Of a DNA stretch of 64,000 nt, positions 11,755 to 22,184 are shown one piece after another. Location of the stretch: positions 128,001-192,000 of the forward strand of contig OZ245842.1 of assembly GCA_965228895.1 (NCBI GenBank), given 5' to 3'. Source of the stretch: Alphaproteobacteria bacterium (GTDB lineage: Bacteria > Pseudomonadota > Alphaproteobacteria > SP197). The position numbers and the translations under genes were made by a program. The notes below the pieces were generated by a model that saw only the letters and a program-made list of their open reading frames with translations, made no database searches and was not told the origin of the DNA. Position 1 is the stretch's first letter, and the number at the start of each line of letters is the position of its first letter.

Positions 11755-12195
11755 TTATTGGAACGGCGCCATGCCTTCGCGCGCCAGGGCGTCGGCGCGC
11801 TCGTTGCCGGGATCACCGTCGTGACCCTTGACCCAATGCCAGGTCACCTGATGGCGTGCCAGTGCCTTTTCCAGACGCTGCCATAGATCAGCGTTCTTGA
11901 CCGGCTTCTTGGCCGACGTGCGCCAGCCGTTTTGTTTCCAACGCGTAATCCACGACGTGATGCCGTCGCGCACATAGGTGCTGTCGGTATAAAGCTCGAT
12001 GGTTGACGGCCGCTTGAGAGAGTCTAAGGCCTCAATCGCTGCCATCAGTTCCATGCGGTTGTTGGTGGTCTTGGCGGCACCGCCGCTGATCTCTTTCGTC
12101 GAGCCACGCCAACGCAACAGCGCACCCCATCCGCCTGGTCCGGGATTACCCGAACACGCACCGTCGGTGTAGATGATGACCGGCGTATCCGCCAT
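11755..12195 (-). CDS. rnhA: Ribonuclease HI
   Basis: [34 protein letters not shown]. Confidence 0.98.
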   Translation of the reverse strand: MADTPVIIYTDGACSGNPGPGGWGALLRWRGSTKEISGGAAKTTNNRMELMAAIEALDSLKRPSTIELYTDSTYVRDGITSWITRWKQNGWRTSAKKPVKNADLWQRLEKALARHQVTWHWVKGHDGDPGNERADALAREGMAPFQ

Positions 12196-12196
12196 G

Positions 12197-13159
12197 TCAA
12201 GTCAGGCCATAGGCGGTCGGGCTCGTCACGTCCCGGTGGAAACGCAGCTTGCGCAAGTACTCCAGCGGGTCTTTCGGTGTGACGAGCGCACCATCGACCG
12301 GATGCAGCCAATCGAACAAACGGGTCAGAAGAAACCGCAGCGCGGCACCGCGCGCCAACAACGGCAGCGCCTCCAACTCACCGATCTCGAACGGGCGAAC
12401 CTGGCGGTACGAGGCCAGCAGTTGCCGCGCCTTGGTGACGTTGAACTCACGTTCGTTTTCGAAACACCACGCGTTCATGCAGATCGCCACGTCATAGGCA
12501 AAGAAATCGTTGCACGCGAAATAGAAGTCGATCAGGCCGGTCAGCTCGTCGCCTTCAAAAAAAACGTTGTCACAGAAGAGGTCGGCGTGAATGACGCCTG
12601 ACGGAAGGTCATCAGGCCAGGATGTCTCCAGGGCCTCGACTTCCGACGCGATTTCGCGACCCAAGCCCGGCATGACCTCGTCGGCCTGACCCAGGCACTG
12701 TTTGGCCAGGCTCTGCCAACCGGTCAGGCACAGATCGTTGGGCCGGGTCATCGGAAAATCTTGACCCGCCAGGTGCAGGCCGGCCAGGGCGCTACCCAGC
12801 GCCGAACAGTGTTCCGGCCTGACCCGTCGTGGCGACACGCCGTTCAAGAACGAGATGATTGCCGCGGGCCGCCCGTTGAGCGTGCGCAGCGCCGCACCGT
12901 CCGTGCCGTGGATCGGAGTCGGGCAGGGCACGCCACGCTTGGCCAGGTGTTCCATCAAGCCCAGGTAGAACGGCAGATCCTCCGCGCGTACCCGTTTTTC
13001 GTACAGCGTCAGAATGAACGGCGAGCGATCGGTCAACAGCAGGTAGTTGCTGTTCTCGACGCCTTCGGCGATGCCTTTGAGCGACGTAACCCGGCCGATA
13101 TCGTACTCGGTCAGAAAGGCGGCCACGTCTTCTGCCGCGACGTCGGTGTAAACGGCCAT
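12197..13159 (-). CDS. thrB: Homoserine kinase type II (APH/kinase fold)
   Basis: [41 protein letters not shown]. Confidence 0.96.
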   Translation of the reverse strand: MAVYTDVAAEDVAAFLTEYDIGRVTSLKGIAEGVENSNYLLLTDRSPFILTLYEKRVRAEDLPFYLGLMEHLAKRGVPCPTPIHGTDGAALRTLNGRPAAIISFLNGVSPRRVRPEHCSALGSALAGLHLAGQDFPMTRPNDLCLTGWQSLAKQCLGQADEVMPGLGREIASEVEALETSWPDDLPSGVIHADLFCDNVFFEGDELTGLIDFYFACNDFFAYDVAICMNAWCFENEREFNVTKARQLLASYRQVRPFEIGELEALPLLARGAALRFLLTRLFDWLHPVDGALVTPKDPLEYLRKLRFHRDVTSPTAYGLT

Positions 13160-13168
13160 GGTCGGCGA

Positions 13169-14128
13169 TCAGGCGGTAAGCGCGCTGGGCAGTTTGAAGT
13201 GGACGTCTTCGCGCGTCACTTCGACTTCCTCGATCGTCAGCTCGAAACGGCGGCGAAGATGGTCGAGCACCTCGTCGACCAGAATCTCCGGCGCCGAGGC
13301 GCCGGCCGTAATGCCCAGCGTCGTGACGCCGTCAAACGCCATGCGTTCCAGATCATCGGCGCGTTGAACCAGACATGCGTCCGACGCGCCCGCGTGTGTC
13401 GCGACCTCGACCAGGCGCAGCGAGTTCGACGAATTGGTGGCGCCGATTACCAGCACGGTGTCGCACCGCCCGGCGATCGCCTTGACCGCTTGCTGGCGAT
13501 TGGTCGTGGCATAGCAGATATCCTGCTTGCGCGGTCCTTGAATATCGGGAAATCGTCGTTGCAGGGCTGCAACGATCGCGGCGGTGTCGTCGATCGAGAG
13601 GGTGGTCTGGGTGATGTAGGCAAGCGCCTTGCCTTCGGCGGGCTCGACCCGCTCGGCATCCTCGATACTTTCGACCAGCAAGATCGCGCCGTCCGGCAGC
13701 TGGCCCATCGTGCCGACCACTTCGGGATGGCCCCGGTGTCCGATCAGCAGAATCTGGTGTCCCTTGGCGTAATGACGCTCGGCCTCGATATGGACCTTGC
13801 TGACCAGCGGGCAGGTCGCGTCGAGGTAATAGAGGTCACGGCCCTTGGCTTCCAGCGGCACCGATTTTGGCACGCCGTGGGCGGAAAAGACGACCGGCCG
13901 GTCGTCATCGGGGATCTCTTCCAGCTCCTCGACAAAGATCGCGCCCTTTTGTTCCAGCCCCTCGACCACATAGCGGTTGTGGACGATTTCGTGGCGTACG
14001 TAGACGGGGGCGCCATGCTGGACGATCGCCTGCTCAACGATCTGGATGGCGCGATCGACGCCCGCGCAAAACCCCCGGGGTGAGGCGAGAAGGACGGTCA
14101 GATTTGGCTTTTTGGAGGATTCCAACAT
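13169..14128 (-). CDS. ispH: 4-hydroxy-3-methylbut-2-enyl diphosphate reductase
   Basis: [34 protein letters not shown]. Confidence 0.98.
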   Translation of the reverse strand: MLESSKKPNLTVLLASPRGFCAGVDRAIQIVEQAIVQHGAPVYVRHEIVHNRYVVEGLEQKGAIFVEELEEIPDDDRPVVFSAHGVPKSVPLEAKGRDLYYLDATCPLVSKVHIEAERHYAKGHQILLIGHRGHPEVVGTMGQLPDGAILLVESIEDAERVEPAEGKALAYITQTTLSIDDTAAIVAALQRRFPDIQGPRKQDICYATTNRQQAVKAIAGRCDTVLVIGATNSSNSLRLVEVATHAGASDACLVQRADDLERMAFDGVTTLGITAGASAPEILVDEVLDHLRRRFELTIEEVEVTREDVHFKLPSALTA

Positions 14129-14211
14129 GGCGGCGATCCTAGATCATCGGGGCCTGGGTGGGAAACCACATCGCGAGAATCGACCACGTGATTTCGCTCT
14201 CTAAAGATGCG

Positions 14212-14276
14212 CAGGGCAGATTTACCCGCTTTGACGGCATCGCGATGCAATTCCATCTGAACGGGATCTGCTCTAG
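14212..14276. repeat. 65-bp palindromic interspersed repeat, copy 2
   Basis: cagggcagat...gatctgctctag; aligns with 11051-11115. Confidence 0.82.
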
Positions 14277-14385
14277 GCCACGAAACATGCGCCCTTGCCC
14301 TTGTTCCGACCCATTCTGACCTCTAGATTGGCGCCCGGCCACGTGCCTTCAAGGTGGGCCTGCAGGATGAAAAACAAGGGGTGAC

Positions 14386-14631
14386 ATGATGGCTGATGCC
14401 GTCGAAATCGCGCAGAAAGAGCCCTATCAGCTCGATCTGAAGAAGGGCGAGAAGTACTTTTGGTGCGCCTGTGGCCGCAGCAGCAAGCAACCGCTTTGCG
14501 ACGGCACCCACAAGGGCTCAGGCTTGTCACCAAAGATGATCGTTGCCGAAGAAGATAAGACCGTGTGGCTATGCGGTTGCAAGCATACCGCTAACGCGCC
14601 TTACTGCGACGGCACCCACAGTTCGCTTTGA
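14386..14631 (+). CDS. CDGSH iron-sulfur domain protein (two domains, CISD3/MiNT-like)
   Basis: WCACGRS..QPLCDGTH and LCGCKHT..PYCDGTH. Confidence 0.93.
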   Translation: MMADAVEIAQKEPYQLDLKKGEKYFWCACGRSSKQPLCDGTHKGSGLSPKMIVAEEDKTVWLCGCKHTANAPYCDGTHSSL

Positions 14632-14668
14632 TCCCCGCTTGCCTCACCGACCTGGAGCCGCATCGCTG

Positions 14669-15217
14669 ATGCGTCTGACATCGCTACGTCCATGGGGCGT
14701 GCCGACGGTGGCGCTCGTCGTGGGTTTGATCCTCTCCTCTTGCGCGTCCGAAGAGGAGGTGCTGGGCACGGTTATCTGTCCGCAGGCCTATATCGTAAAG
14801 GACGCGACGCGTTCGACCGATTATGCGCCCGGTGGCGGCCGCGACCTCATCGATATCAAATACAACGCCCAGATCGTCGATATCGCTTGGAGTTGCCTCT
14901 ACGAGACCGAGAAACGCTTTGTCGATGTCGAGGTCCAGTTTTTTGTCAGGGCATTGCGCGGGCCGGCGTCGGAGGAACGGCAAACGACGTTCCCGTACTT
15001 CGTTGTTGTTGCCGATCCGCAAGGCGAAATCCTGGCCAAGCGGGTGTTTGGCATCGATGTCAATTTTCCCGGTAATGCCCTGGAAATCGGCCACATCGAG
15101 ACGGTGCGCCAGCGTATTCGCTTCCCGACTCTTGCCGGCGCGGCCGACTACACGATCTTTGTCGGCTTCCAGCTCACCCCTGAACAGCTGGCGGAGGCGC
15201 GGGCGCGGCAGTTGTAA
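14669..15217 (+). CDS. Hypothetical lipoprotein
   Basis: Signal peptide with lipobox LSSC; YFVVV and IFVGFQL motifs resemble the alphaproteobacterial lipoprotein often found upstream of gcvT. Confidence 0.75.
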   Translation: MRLTSLRPWGVPTVALVVGLILSSCASEEEVLGTVICPQAYIVKDATRSTDYAPGGGRDLIDIKYNAQIVDIAWSCLYETEKRFVDVEVQFFVRALRGPASEERQTTFPYFVVVADPQGEILAKRVFGIDVNFPGNALEIGHIETVRQRIRFPTLAGAADYTIFVGFQLTPEQLAEARARQL

Positions 15218-15244
15218 CGCCTGTGTGTAACGTCCCTATCAAGG

Positions 15245-15273
15245 TTGACCTTCGCGGCTGGCGTGATCATCAT
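15245..15273 (+). promoter_or_regulatory. Putative sigma70 promoter of the gcv operon
   Basis: TTGACC-17 bp-CATCAT just upstream of the riboswitch. Confidence 0.5.
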
Positions 15274-15289
15274 CCCGTGCGCCTATGAA

Positions 15290-15485
15290 CCCGGCGGGAG
15301 AGTACGACCCCCATAGCGTTGTTGGGTCGCCGCCGAAGGAGCAACCCGTCCCGGAAACTCTCAGGCAAGCGGGACCGCCGGGGGATGGCGCCTCTGGAGA
15401 GAAGGCTGTGGCGCTTGGCGCCGCGGTCTCACCGAAGGGGTAAGCCGGATTGCCGGCGATGCTCTCAGGTTCGACGACAGAGGGG
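15290..15485 (+). ncRNA. Tandem glycine riboswitch (two aptamers)
   Basis: Aptamer 1 GGGAGAG...CGCCGAAGGAGCAA...AAACTCTCAGGC (~15290-15382); aptamer 2 CTCTGGAGAGA...CACCGAAGGGGTAA...CTCTCAGGT...GACAGAGGG (~15391-15485); directly upstream of gcvT. Confidence 0.95.
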
Positions 15486-15546
15486 ACGACCGTGAGGACG
15501 GAGGCGTCCTGACGGCCATCTTGTCGTGATGAAGGAGAGCTTGAGG

Positions 15547-16668
15547 GTGCAAGCCAGGGACGGGCTAAAGAAGACGCCGCTTTACGATCTTCACGTTGAG
15601 CGGGGCGCGCGCATGGTGCCGTTTGCCGGTTACGACATGCCGGTTCAATATCCCTCAGGCATTCTGGCCGAACACCGTCACACCCGTGAGGCGGCGGGCC
15701 TGTTCGACGTCTCGCACATGGGTCAGGTCCGGCTCTCGGCGGTCGGTGGACGCGAAGCGGCGGCGCGTGCGCTTGAAGCGCTGGTCCCCGCGGCGATGAC
15801 GACGCTGCAGTCCGGGCGCATGCGCTATACGCAGTTCACCAACGATCAGGGTGGAATCCTGGACGACCTGATGGTGACCGCCATGGGCGATCATCTTTAC
15901 CTGGTCGTCAACGCCGCCTGCAAGGATGCGGATATTGACCATCTGACGGCGAACCTTTCCGACACCTGCGAGATCGAGGTGCTCGGCGACCGCGCCTTGC
16001 TGGCGTTGCAGGGACCGAAGGCGGTGGCCGCCTTCGCCCGGCTGGTGCCCGATTGCGAACAACTGACCTTCATGCAGGCCGCGACATGGGATCTGGACGG
16101 CGAGCGTTTGCTGGTCAGCCGGTCCGGATACACCGGCGAGGACGGCGTCGAGGTCTCGGTGCCCGGCCATGCCGCCGACGCCCTGGCGCGCCGCCTGTTG
16201 GACATGCCGGAGGTCGAACTGATTGGTCTCGGCGCGCGCGACAGCCTGCGGCTCGAGGCGGGGCTGTGCCTTTACGGTCACGATATCGACACGACGACAA
16301 CGCCGATCGAAGCGGGCTTGATTTGGTCGATCCAGAAGTCGCGGCGCGAAGCCGGCGGCTTCCCGGGCGCCGAGATAATCCAGCAGCAGATCAAAGACGG
16401 GACCCAGCGTCGCCTGGTTGGCCTGAAACCGGAAGGCCGCGCGCCGGTGCGCGACGGTGCGGACATCGTCGATGACAACGGCAACGTGATCGGCATCATC
16501 ACCAGCGGCGGTTTCGGCGCAACGGTCGGTGGTCCCGTTGCCATGGGTTATGTGCCCAGCGACCGTACCGAGACCGGCGAACGATTGAACGCCCTGGTGC
16601 GCGGCAAGACGTTGCCGATTGACGTTACGGCACTGCCGTTCGTGCCGCACCGATATCGTAGAACCTGA
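15547..16668 (+). CDS. gcvT: Glycine cleavage system aminomethyltransferase T
   Basis: KTPLYDLH, GLFDVSHMGQ, SRSGYTGEDG, GARDSLRLEAG; GTG 15547 follows AGGAG. Confidence 0.97.
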   Translation: MQARDGLKKTPLYDLHVERGARMVPFAGYDMPVQYPSGILAEHRHTREAAGLFDVSHMGQVRLSAVGGREAAARALEALVPAAMTTLQSGRMRYTQFTNDQGGILDDLMVTAMGDHLYLVVNAACKDADIDHLTANLSDTCEIEVLGDRALLALQGPKAVAAFARLVPDCEQLTFMQAATWDLDGERLLVSRSGYTGEDGVEVSVPGHAADALARRLLDMPEVELIGLGARDSLRLEAGLCLYGHDIDTTTTPIEAGLIWSIQKSRREAGGFPGAEIIQQQIKDGTQRRLVGLKPEGRAPVRDGADIVDDNGNVIGIITSGGFGATVGGPVAMGYVPSDRTETGERLNALVRGKTLPIDVTALPFVPHRYRRT

Positions 16669-16694
16669 AGTGATGAGCGTAGGGAGACAACACA

Positions 16695-17072
16695 ATGGCT
16701 GACAGGCTTTACACCAAGGATCACGAATGGGTCGACATCGAGGACGGTGTCGCGACCGTCGGCATTACCGACTATGCGCAAGAGCAGCTCGGCGATGTCG
16801 TGTTCGTCGAATTGCCGGAAGTCGGACGCAATGTGGTGCATCAGGAAGAGGCGGCGGTCGTTGAATCGGTCAAGGCAGCCAGCGAGGTCTATGCGCCGGT
16901 GTCCGGCGAGGTCGTCGACGTCAACAGCGGCCTTGCCGACGATCCGTCGCCGGTTAACTCGGATGCCTTCGGCGCCGGCTGGTTCATGCGCATCAAGATG
17001 GCCGACGAAGGCGATGTCGACGGCATGATGGATGAAGAGGCCTATGCCGAGTTTGTGGCGGAGCTTGAGTAA
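16695..17072 (+). CDS. gcvH: Glycine cleavage system H protein
   Basis: [17 protein letters not shown] lipoyl-Lys motif. Confidence 0.98.
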   Translation: MADRLYTKDHEWVDIEDGVATVGITDYAQEQLGDVVFVELPEVGRNVVHQEEAAVVESVKAASEVYAPVSGEVVDVNSGLADDPSPVNSDAFGAGWFMRIKMADEGDVDGMMDEEAYAEFVAELE

Positions 17073-18418
17073 TGCGTTATTTGCCGCTGACGGATGCTGA
17101 TCGCCAGGCGATGCTGGCGACCATCGGCGCCGAAAGCATCGCTGATCTTTATGTCGATGTGCCCGCCGAGGCCAATCTTGATACGCCGGTGGCGCTGCCG
17201 CGACACCAGGGCGAAATGGAAGTGGAACGCGCGCTTGCCGCCATGGCGGCCAAGAACCTTCATGGCGCGCGCGAGCCCTTCTATATCGGCTGCGGCGCCT
17301 ATCGCCACCACGTGCCGGCGACCGTCGACCACCTTATCCAGCGCGGCGAGTTCTTGACGTCCTATACGCCCTATCAGCCGGAGATCACCCAGGGCACGCT
17401 GCAGATGCTGTTCGAGTTCCAGACCATGGTCGCCATGCTGACCGGCATGGAGGTGGCCAACGCGTCGATGTATGACGGCGCCAGCGGCACGGCCGAGGCG
17501 GTTTTGATGGCGAACCGGGTGACACGTCGTGATCGCGCCGTGCTCGGCGGCGGCTTGCATCCGCACTACCGCGAGACCGTCGAAACCTATGCGCGCTATT
17601 CCGGGTTCGAGATTGCCAGCCAACAACCGGCGCCCGATGGCGATCAAGATCTCACGGGCTTGATCGACAAGACGACCAGTTGCGTCGTCGTCCAGAACCC
17701 CGACACGTTTGGCCATGTCCGCGACTTCACCAAGCTCGCCGAAGCCTGTCACGAGGCCGGTGCGCTGCTGATCGTCGCGGTGACCGAAGTCGTTTCGCTC
17801 GGCCTTCTCACACCGCCCGGCGCGATGGGCGCCGATATCGTTGTCTGTGAAGGCCAGTCACTCGGTAACCCGCTGGGCTATGGCGGACCTTATGTCGGCC
17901 TCTTCGCCGCGCGCGCGAAACATGTACGCCAGATGCCGGGCCGACTGACCGGCGAGACGACCGACAGCGAAGGCCGGCGCGGCTGGGTGCTGACGCTGTC
18001 GACCCGCGAACAGCATATCCGGCGCGAAAAGGCGACGAGCAACATCTGCACCAACTCAGGACTGTGCGCGCTCGCGTTCACGATCCATCTGTCGCTGTTG
18101 GGCGAAGCCGGTATGACACGCCTCGCGCGGCTCAACCACGAGGCGGCCATACGCACGGCCGATCGGTTGTCGGCGATCGATGGCGTGACGCTGGTCAACG
18201 ATGCCTTTTTCAACGAGTTCACCATTAGACTCGCCAAACCGGCCGCCCAGGTCGTCGAAGCGTTGGCGGAACGCGGCGTGCTCGCGGGCGTCCCGTTTTC
18301 TAGGTTCCACCCCGATGATCCGGCGTTCGCCGATCTCCTGATCGTCGCGACGACGGAGACCAACACACCGGAGGATCTGGAGACATACGCGACAGCGCTT
18401 CAGGAGGTGCTGGCATGA
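17072..18418 (+). CDS. gcvPA: Glycine dehydrogenase subunit 1
   Basis: [40 protein letters not shown]. Confidence 0.97.
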   Translation: MRYLPLTDADRQAMLATIGAESIADLYVDVPAEANLDTPVALPRHQGEMEVERALAAMAAKNLHGAREPFYIGCGAYRHHVPATVDHLIQRGEFLTSYTPYQPEITQGTLQMLFEFQTMVAMLTGMEVANASMYDGASGTAEAVLMANRVTRRDRAVLGGGLHPHYRETVETYARYSGFEIASQQPAPDGDQDLTGLIDKTTSCVVVQNPDTFGHVRDFTKLAEACHEAGALLIVAVTEVVSLGLLTPPGAMGADIVVCEGQSLGNPLGYGGPYVGLFAARAKHVRQMPGRLTGETTDSEGRRGWVLTLSTREQHIRREKATSNICTNSGLCALAFTIHLSLLGEAGMTRLARLNHEAAIRTADRLSAIDGVTLVNDAFFNEFTIRLAKPAAQVVEALAERGVLAGVPFSRFHPDDPAFADLLIVATTETNTPEDLETYATALQEVLA

Positions 18419-19935
18419 CCGAGACAATCTCCGGCCATCGTGGCCTCGTGATGGATGAACCCCTGCTGTTCGAGCAGGACGAGGCCGGGCGCACCGGCGT
18501 TGATTTGGCCGAACCCGAAGGCATCCCATGCCGCGTCGGCGGTCTCGAACGCCAAGGCTCAATTGGCTTGCCGGGTCTCAGCGAGCCGCAGATCGTGCGC
18601 CACTACACGCGGCTCTCCCAAAAGAACTACGCCATCGACTCCGGTCTTTATCCGCTGGGCTCGTGCACCATGAAGCACAATCCCCGGCTCAACGAAAAGG
18701 TGGTGCGCCTGGAAGGGTTCGCCCACGCCCATCCGCTTCAACCGGCATCCACGGTGCAGGGCTGTTTGGAGCTAATCGCGACGCTGGCCCACTGGCTGAC
18801 CACACTGACCGGCATGCCGGGCGTGGCGATGTCGCCGGCCGCCGGCGCCCATGGCGAGCTGGCCGGCCTGATGACGATCCGCGCCGCCCTGGAGGATCGT
18901 GGCGATGCGCGCAAGCGCGTGTTGGTGCCGGAGTCCGCCCATGGCACCAATCCGGCCACTGCCGCCCATTGCGGCTACACGGTCGACGCCATTCCAGCCA
19001 ACGACCGCGGTCGCCTCGATGTCGATGCGTTCAAGCAGGCTCTCGACGACGATGTCGCGGCGTTGATGTTGACCAACCCCAACACATGCGGCCTGTTCGA
19101 AAACGACATCATCGAGGTCGCCCGCCTGCTTCATGACGCCGGCAGTTTCTTCTATTGTGACGGCGCCAACTTCAACGCCATTGTCGGGCGCGTCAGGCCC
19201 GGCGATCTGGGCGTTGACGCCATGCACATCAACCTGCACAAGACCTTCTCGACGCCCCATGGCGGCGGCGGTCCGGGCAGCGGTCCGGTGGTCCTCTCCG
19301 AAGCGCTGCTGCCCTATGCGCCACTGCCCTTTGTGGTCGCGGACGGCGATGGTTATCGCCTGGTCGAGCACCACGAGGACGGCAAGAGCTTCGGGCGGCT
19401 GCGCGCGTTCCACGGCCAGATGGGCATGTTTGTGCGCGCCTTGAGCTACATGATGAGCCACGGTGCCGACGGCCTGCGTCAGGTCGCCGAAGACGCCGTG
19501 CTGAACGCCAACTACGTCATGAAGCGGCTGGAGGGTACCTATCACGCGGCTTTTCCGGGACCTTGCATGCATGAGTGCCTGTTTGACGATCAGTCGCTGA
19601 AGGATACCGACGTCACCACGCTCGATCTCGCCAAAGCGATGATCGACGAGGGTTTCCACCCGATGACCATGTATTTCCCGCTGGTCGTCCACGGCGCGAT
19701 GCTGATCGAGCCGACGGAGACGGAGAGCAAGCAAAGCCTGGATCAGTTCTGCGACACCATGCTGGGCCTGATGCGCCGCGCCCAGGATGGTGATGCCGAA
19801 TGGTTCCACACCGCGCCTCATCTGGCGCCGTGGCGCCGCCTCGACGAAACCGCCGCCGCGCGCCATCCGGTGCTGACGTGGACGCCAGCCAAGGATGAGG
19901 AAGCCGCGGCATCGTGGCAGGAAAAACTGTTTTAA
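18415..19935 (+). CDS. gcvPB: Glycine dehydrogenase subunit 2
   Basis: [38 protein letters not shown] (PLP Lys), IEPTETE. Confidence 0.97.
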   Translation: MTETISGHRGLVMDEPLLFEQDEAGRTGVDLAEPEGIPCRVGGLERQGSIGLPGLSEPQIVRHYTRLSQKNYAIDSGLYPLGSCTMKHNPRLNEKVVRLEGFAHAHPLQPASTVQGCLELIATLAHWLTTLTGMPGVAMSPAAGAHGELAGLMTIRAALEDRGDARKRVLVPESAHGTNPATAAHCGYTVDAIPANDRGRLDVDAFKQALDDDVAALMLTNPNTCGLFENDIIEVARLLHDAGSFFYCDGANFNAIVGRVRPGDLGVDAMHINLHKTFSTPHGGGGPGSGPVVLSEALLPYAPLPFVVADGDGYRLVEHHEDGKSFGRLRAFHGQMGMFVRALSYMMSHGADGLRQVAEDAVLNANYVMKRLEGTYHAAFPGPCMHECLFDDQSLKDTDVTTLDLAKAMIDEGFHPMTMYFPLVVHGAMLIEPTETESKQSLDQFCDTMLGLMRRAQDGDAEWFHTAPHLAPWRRLDETAAARHPVLTWTPAKDEEAAASWQEKLF

Positions 19936-19998
19936 TTCAACAAGTTGAACGTCATAGGGTGGACGGCGCCGCTGGTCTTGTGCCGTTGTCATCTCGAT

Positions 19999-20012
19999 TT
20001 GATTCAACTCAA
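19999..20012. promoter_or_regulatory. Possible FNR/FixK-type box
   Basis: TTGAT-TCAA-CTCAA, one mismatch to TTGAT-N4-ATCAA, ~118 bp upstream of the HisA-like gene. Confidence 0.3.
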
Positions 20013-20129
20013 AATGAACTTGCTTTAAGCTAGGGGTTGCCGCCGATCGGGCCCAGGGACGGGCTGAGGCATAACGTACAAAAAGATCTTATCCGCGTTC
20101 CGGGCCCGGCACATGGGGAGAAACGCGCC

Positions 20130-20873
20130 ATGAAGATCTATCCGACCATCGAGATCATGGAAGGCAAGGCCGTCGACCGTCTTGACGGCAGCGGCGAGCG
20201 GCCCAGGCCGTTTGACATGGCACCGCTTGAGGCGGCGAAACAGTTCGCCGGCGAGGGCGCGGAATGCCTGCATGTGGTGGATGTCGACGGCACCATGCAA
20301 GGCGGCCATCACAACGGCGATCTGATCTGCGAGATCATCGATAGCGTCGGCATTCCGGTCCAGGTCGCCGGCGGCATCCGCACCATGGAGACCGCGGCCT
20401 GGTGGATCGATCATGGCGCATCGCGCATCGGTCTGGGCACAGCGGCGGTCAAGGATCGCCATTTGGTGCAGCAGGTGTGCAGCGCCTACCCCGAACAGGT
20501 TCTGGTCACGATCGCCGCGCGCCGTGACCACGTGGTCGTCGAAGGTTGGCGCGAGGACACGACCTATACCGCCCTTCAGCTTGCCAAGAGTTTTGAGGAG
20601 ACGGGCGTTGCCGAGATCGTTTTTGTCGACCTCGACCGTGATACGGATCCTCAGGAGTACAGTCTGGCGGCCACCACGAAGATGGGCGAGGAACTGGGAA
20701 TTCCGGTCATCTCGAGCGGCACGGTAACCTCGCTCGACGATGTCGCGACGCTGCGCTACCTGCCCAATATCGGCGGATGTATCGTCGGCCGCGCGCTGTT
20801 CAACGGCACGGTGGCGCTGAAAGAGGCGCTTGCGACCGCACAGACACCCTACAAGGTACCGGAGTTCGTTTAG
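20130..20873 (+). CDS. HisA/HisF-related TIM-barrel protein (divergent HisA paralogue)
   Basis: LHVVDVDG, QVAGGIRT, LGTAA, EGW, IVGRALF retained; E at position 8 and A at position 129 instead of Asp. Confidence 0.85.
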   Translation: MKIYPTIEIMEGKAVDRLDGSGERPRPFDMAPLEAAKQFAGEGAECLHVVDVDGTMQGGHHNGDLICEIIDSVGIPVQVAGGIRTMETAAWWIDHGASRIGLGTAAVKDRHLVQQVCSAYPEQVLVTIAARRDHVVVEGWREDTTYTALQLAKSFEETGVAEIVFVDLDRDTDPQEYSLAATTKMGEELGIPVISSGTVTSLDDVATLRYLPNIGGCIVGRALFNGTVALKEALATAQTPYKVPEFV

Positions 20874-20987
20874 TCTCGTGAAAAAACACCGGGATTGCCG
20901 GTAGCGCCGAGCGGGGCGTAGATTTCGCGGGCTGTCTGCCTCGGCGTTACGTTCCTGTTCCGCCGCCGTTTTGCCGGAGTCGTCATT

Positions 20988-22172
20988 ATGTTCGAAGACA
21001 TGGAGGCCCTAGAGGCCGATCCGATCCTTGGCGTTATGCTCGCCTATCGTGCTGATCCAAGGCCCGAGAAGATCGATCTTGGCGTCGGCATCTACAAGGA
21101 TTCCGATGGCGCGACGCCAATCATGGCTGCCGTGCGAGAGGCTGAGCAGCGCCTGTTGGCATCGCAGACGACCAAGGCTTACGTCTCGCCGGGCGGCGAT
21201 GAGAGCTTCAACGCGGCGATGTGCGATGTCGTGTTTGGCGCCGACAGGAAGGCCGACCGGGTTCGCGCAATTCAGACGCCGGGCGGCAGCGGCGCCTTGC
21301 GCGTGCTCATGAGCCTGATCAAGAACACGCGGCCGGACGCGACGCTCTGGCTCAGCGAGCCGACCTGGCCCAATCATCATATCCTGGCCGGCGCGGCCGG
21401 GCTGACGGTGGCGCGCTATCCCTATTTCGATGCCGACAGCAAGACCGTGCGTTTTGGCGCGATGCTGGATGATCTGGGCCGCGCGAAACCCGGTGACGCC
21501 GTGCTGCTGCATGGTTGTTGCCATAACCCCAGCGGCGCCGATCTCGACATCGCACAATGGCGGGACGTTGCCGCGCTCTTGGCGGAACGCGGCGTTCTCG
21601 CGTTTGTCGACATTGCCTATCAAGGTCTCGGCGATGGTTTGGAAGCGGATACGGCGGGTCTCAGGTTACTCGCGGACGAACTGCCTGAGATGGTTGTGGC
21701 CGCGTCGTGCTCGAAAAACTTTGGTCTTTATCGTGATCGCGTTGGCACGGCCTTTGTACAGGCGGGTGATCGGGATCAGGCCGATAGAGCGCGTCAGCAT
21801 CTCGTGCGTGCGGTGCGCGGCAACTATTCCATGCCGCCGGATCATGGCGCGGCGGTCGTCAGTATCATTCTGGGTGACCCCGGCCTACGCCGTGTGTGGC
21901 TCGAGGAGCTCGAGACCATGAGAGAGCGGGTGCAGAACCTGCGCCGCACCTTGGCCGATACGCTACGCCGCAAGTCGAACAGCGACCGGTTCGATTTTTT
22001 TGCCGATCACCGTGGCCTGTTTTCCCTGACCGGGCTGTCGCCCGAGCAGGTCAACGCCATGCGTGAGGCTTATGGCATCTATCTGATCGGCGACGGGCGC
22101 ATGAACGTCGCAGGCCTGACGGAAGACAACGTCGACGCGTTTGCCGATGCGATGATCGCGGTGACGTCGTGA
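20988..22172 (+). CDS. tyrB: Aromatic-amino-acid/aspartate aminotransferase (TyrB/AspC type)
   Basis: DPILG, KIDLGVGIY, QTPGGSGAL, LHGCCHNPSG, SCSKNFGLY. Confidence 0.9.
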   Translation: MFEDMEALEADPILGVMLAYRADPRPEKIDLGVGIYKDSDGATPIMAAVREAEQRLLASQTTKAYVSPGGDESFNAAMCDVVFGADRKADRVRAIQTPGGSGALRVLMSLIKNTRPDATLWLSEPTWPNHHILAGAAGLTVARYPYFDADSKTVRFGAMLDDLGRAKPGDAVLLHGCCHNPSGADLDIAQWRDVAALLAERGVLAFVDIAYQGLGDGLEADTAGLRLLADELPEMVVAASCSKNFGLYRDRVGTAFVQAGDRDQADRARQHLVRAVRGNYSMPPDHGAAVVSIILGDPGLRRVWLEELETMRERVQNLRRTLADTLRRKSNSDRFDFFADHRGLFSLTGLSPEQVNAMREAYGIYLIGDGRMNVAGLTEDNVDAFADAMIAVTS

Positions 22173-22184
22173 CCTCTTGGGCCA

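Noticed and set aside
17072-19935. Split gcvP as a frameshift or pseudogene
   Set aside because: Two-subunit GcvPA/GcvPB is a normal architecture; both ORFs are intact with an RBS and ATGA overlap
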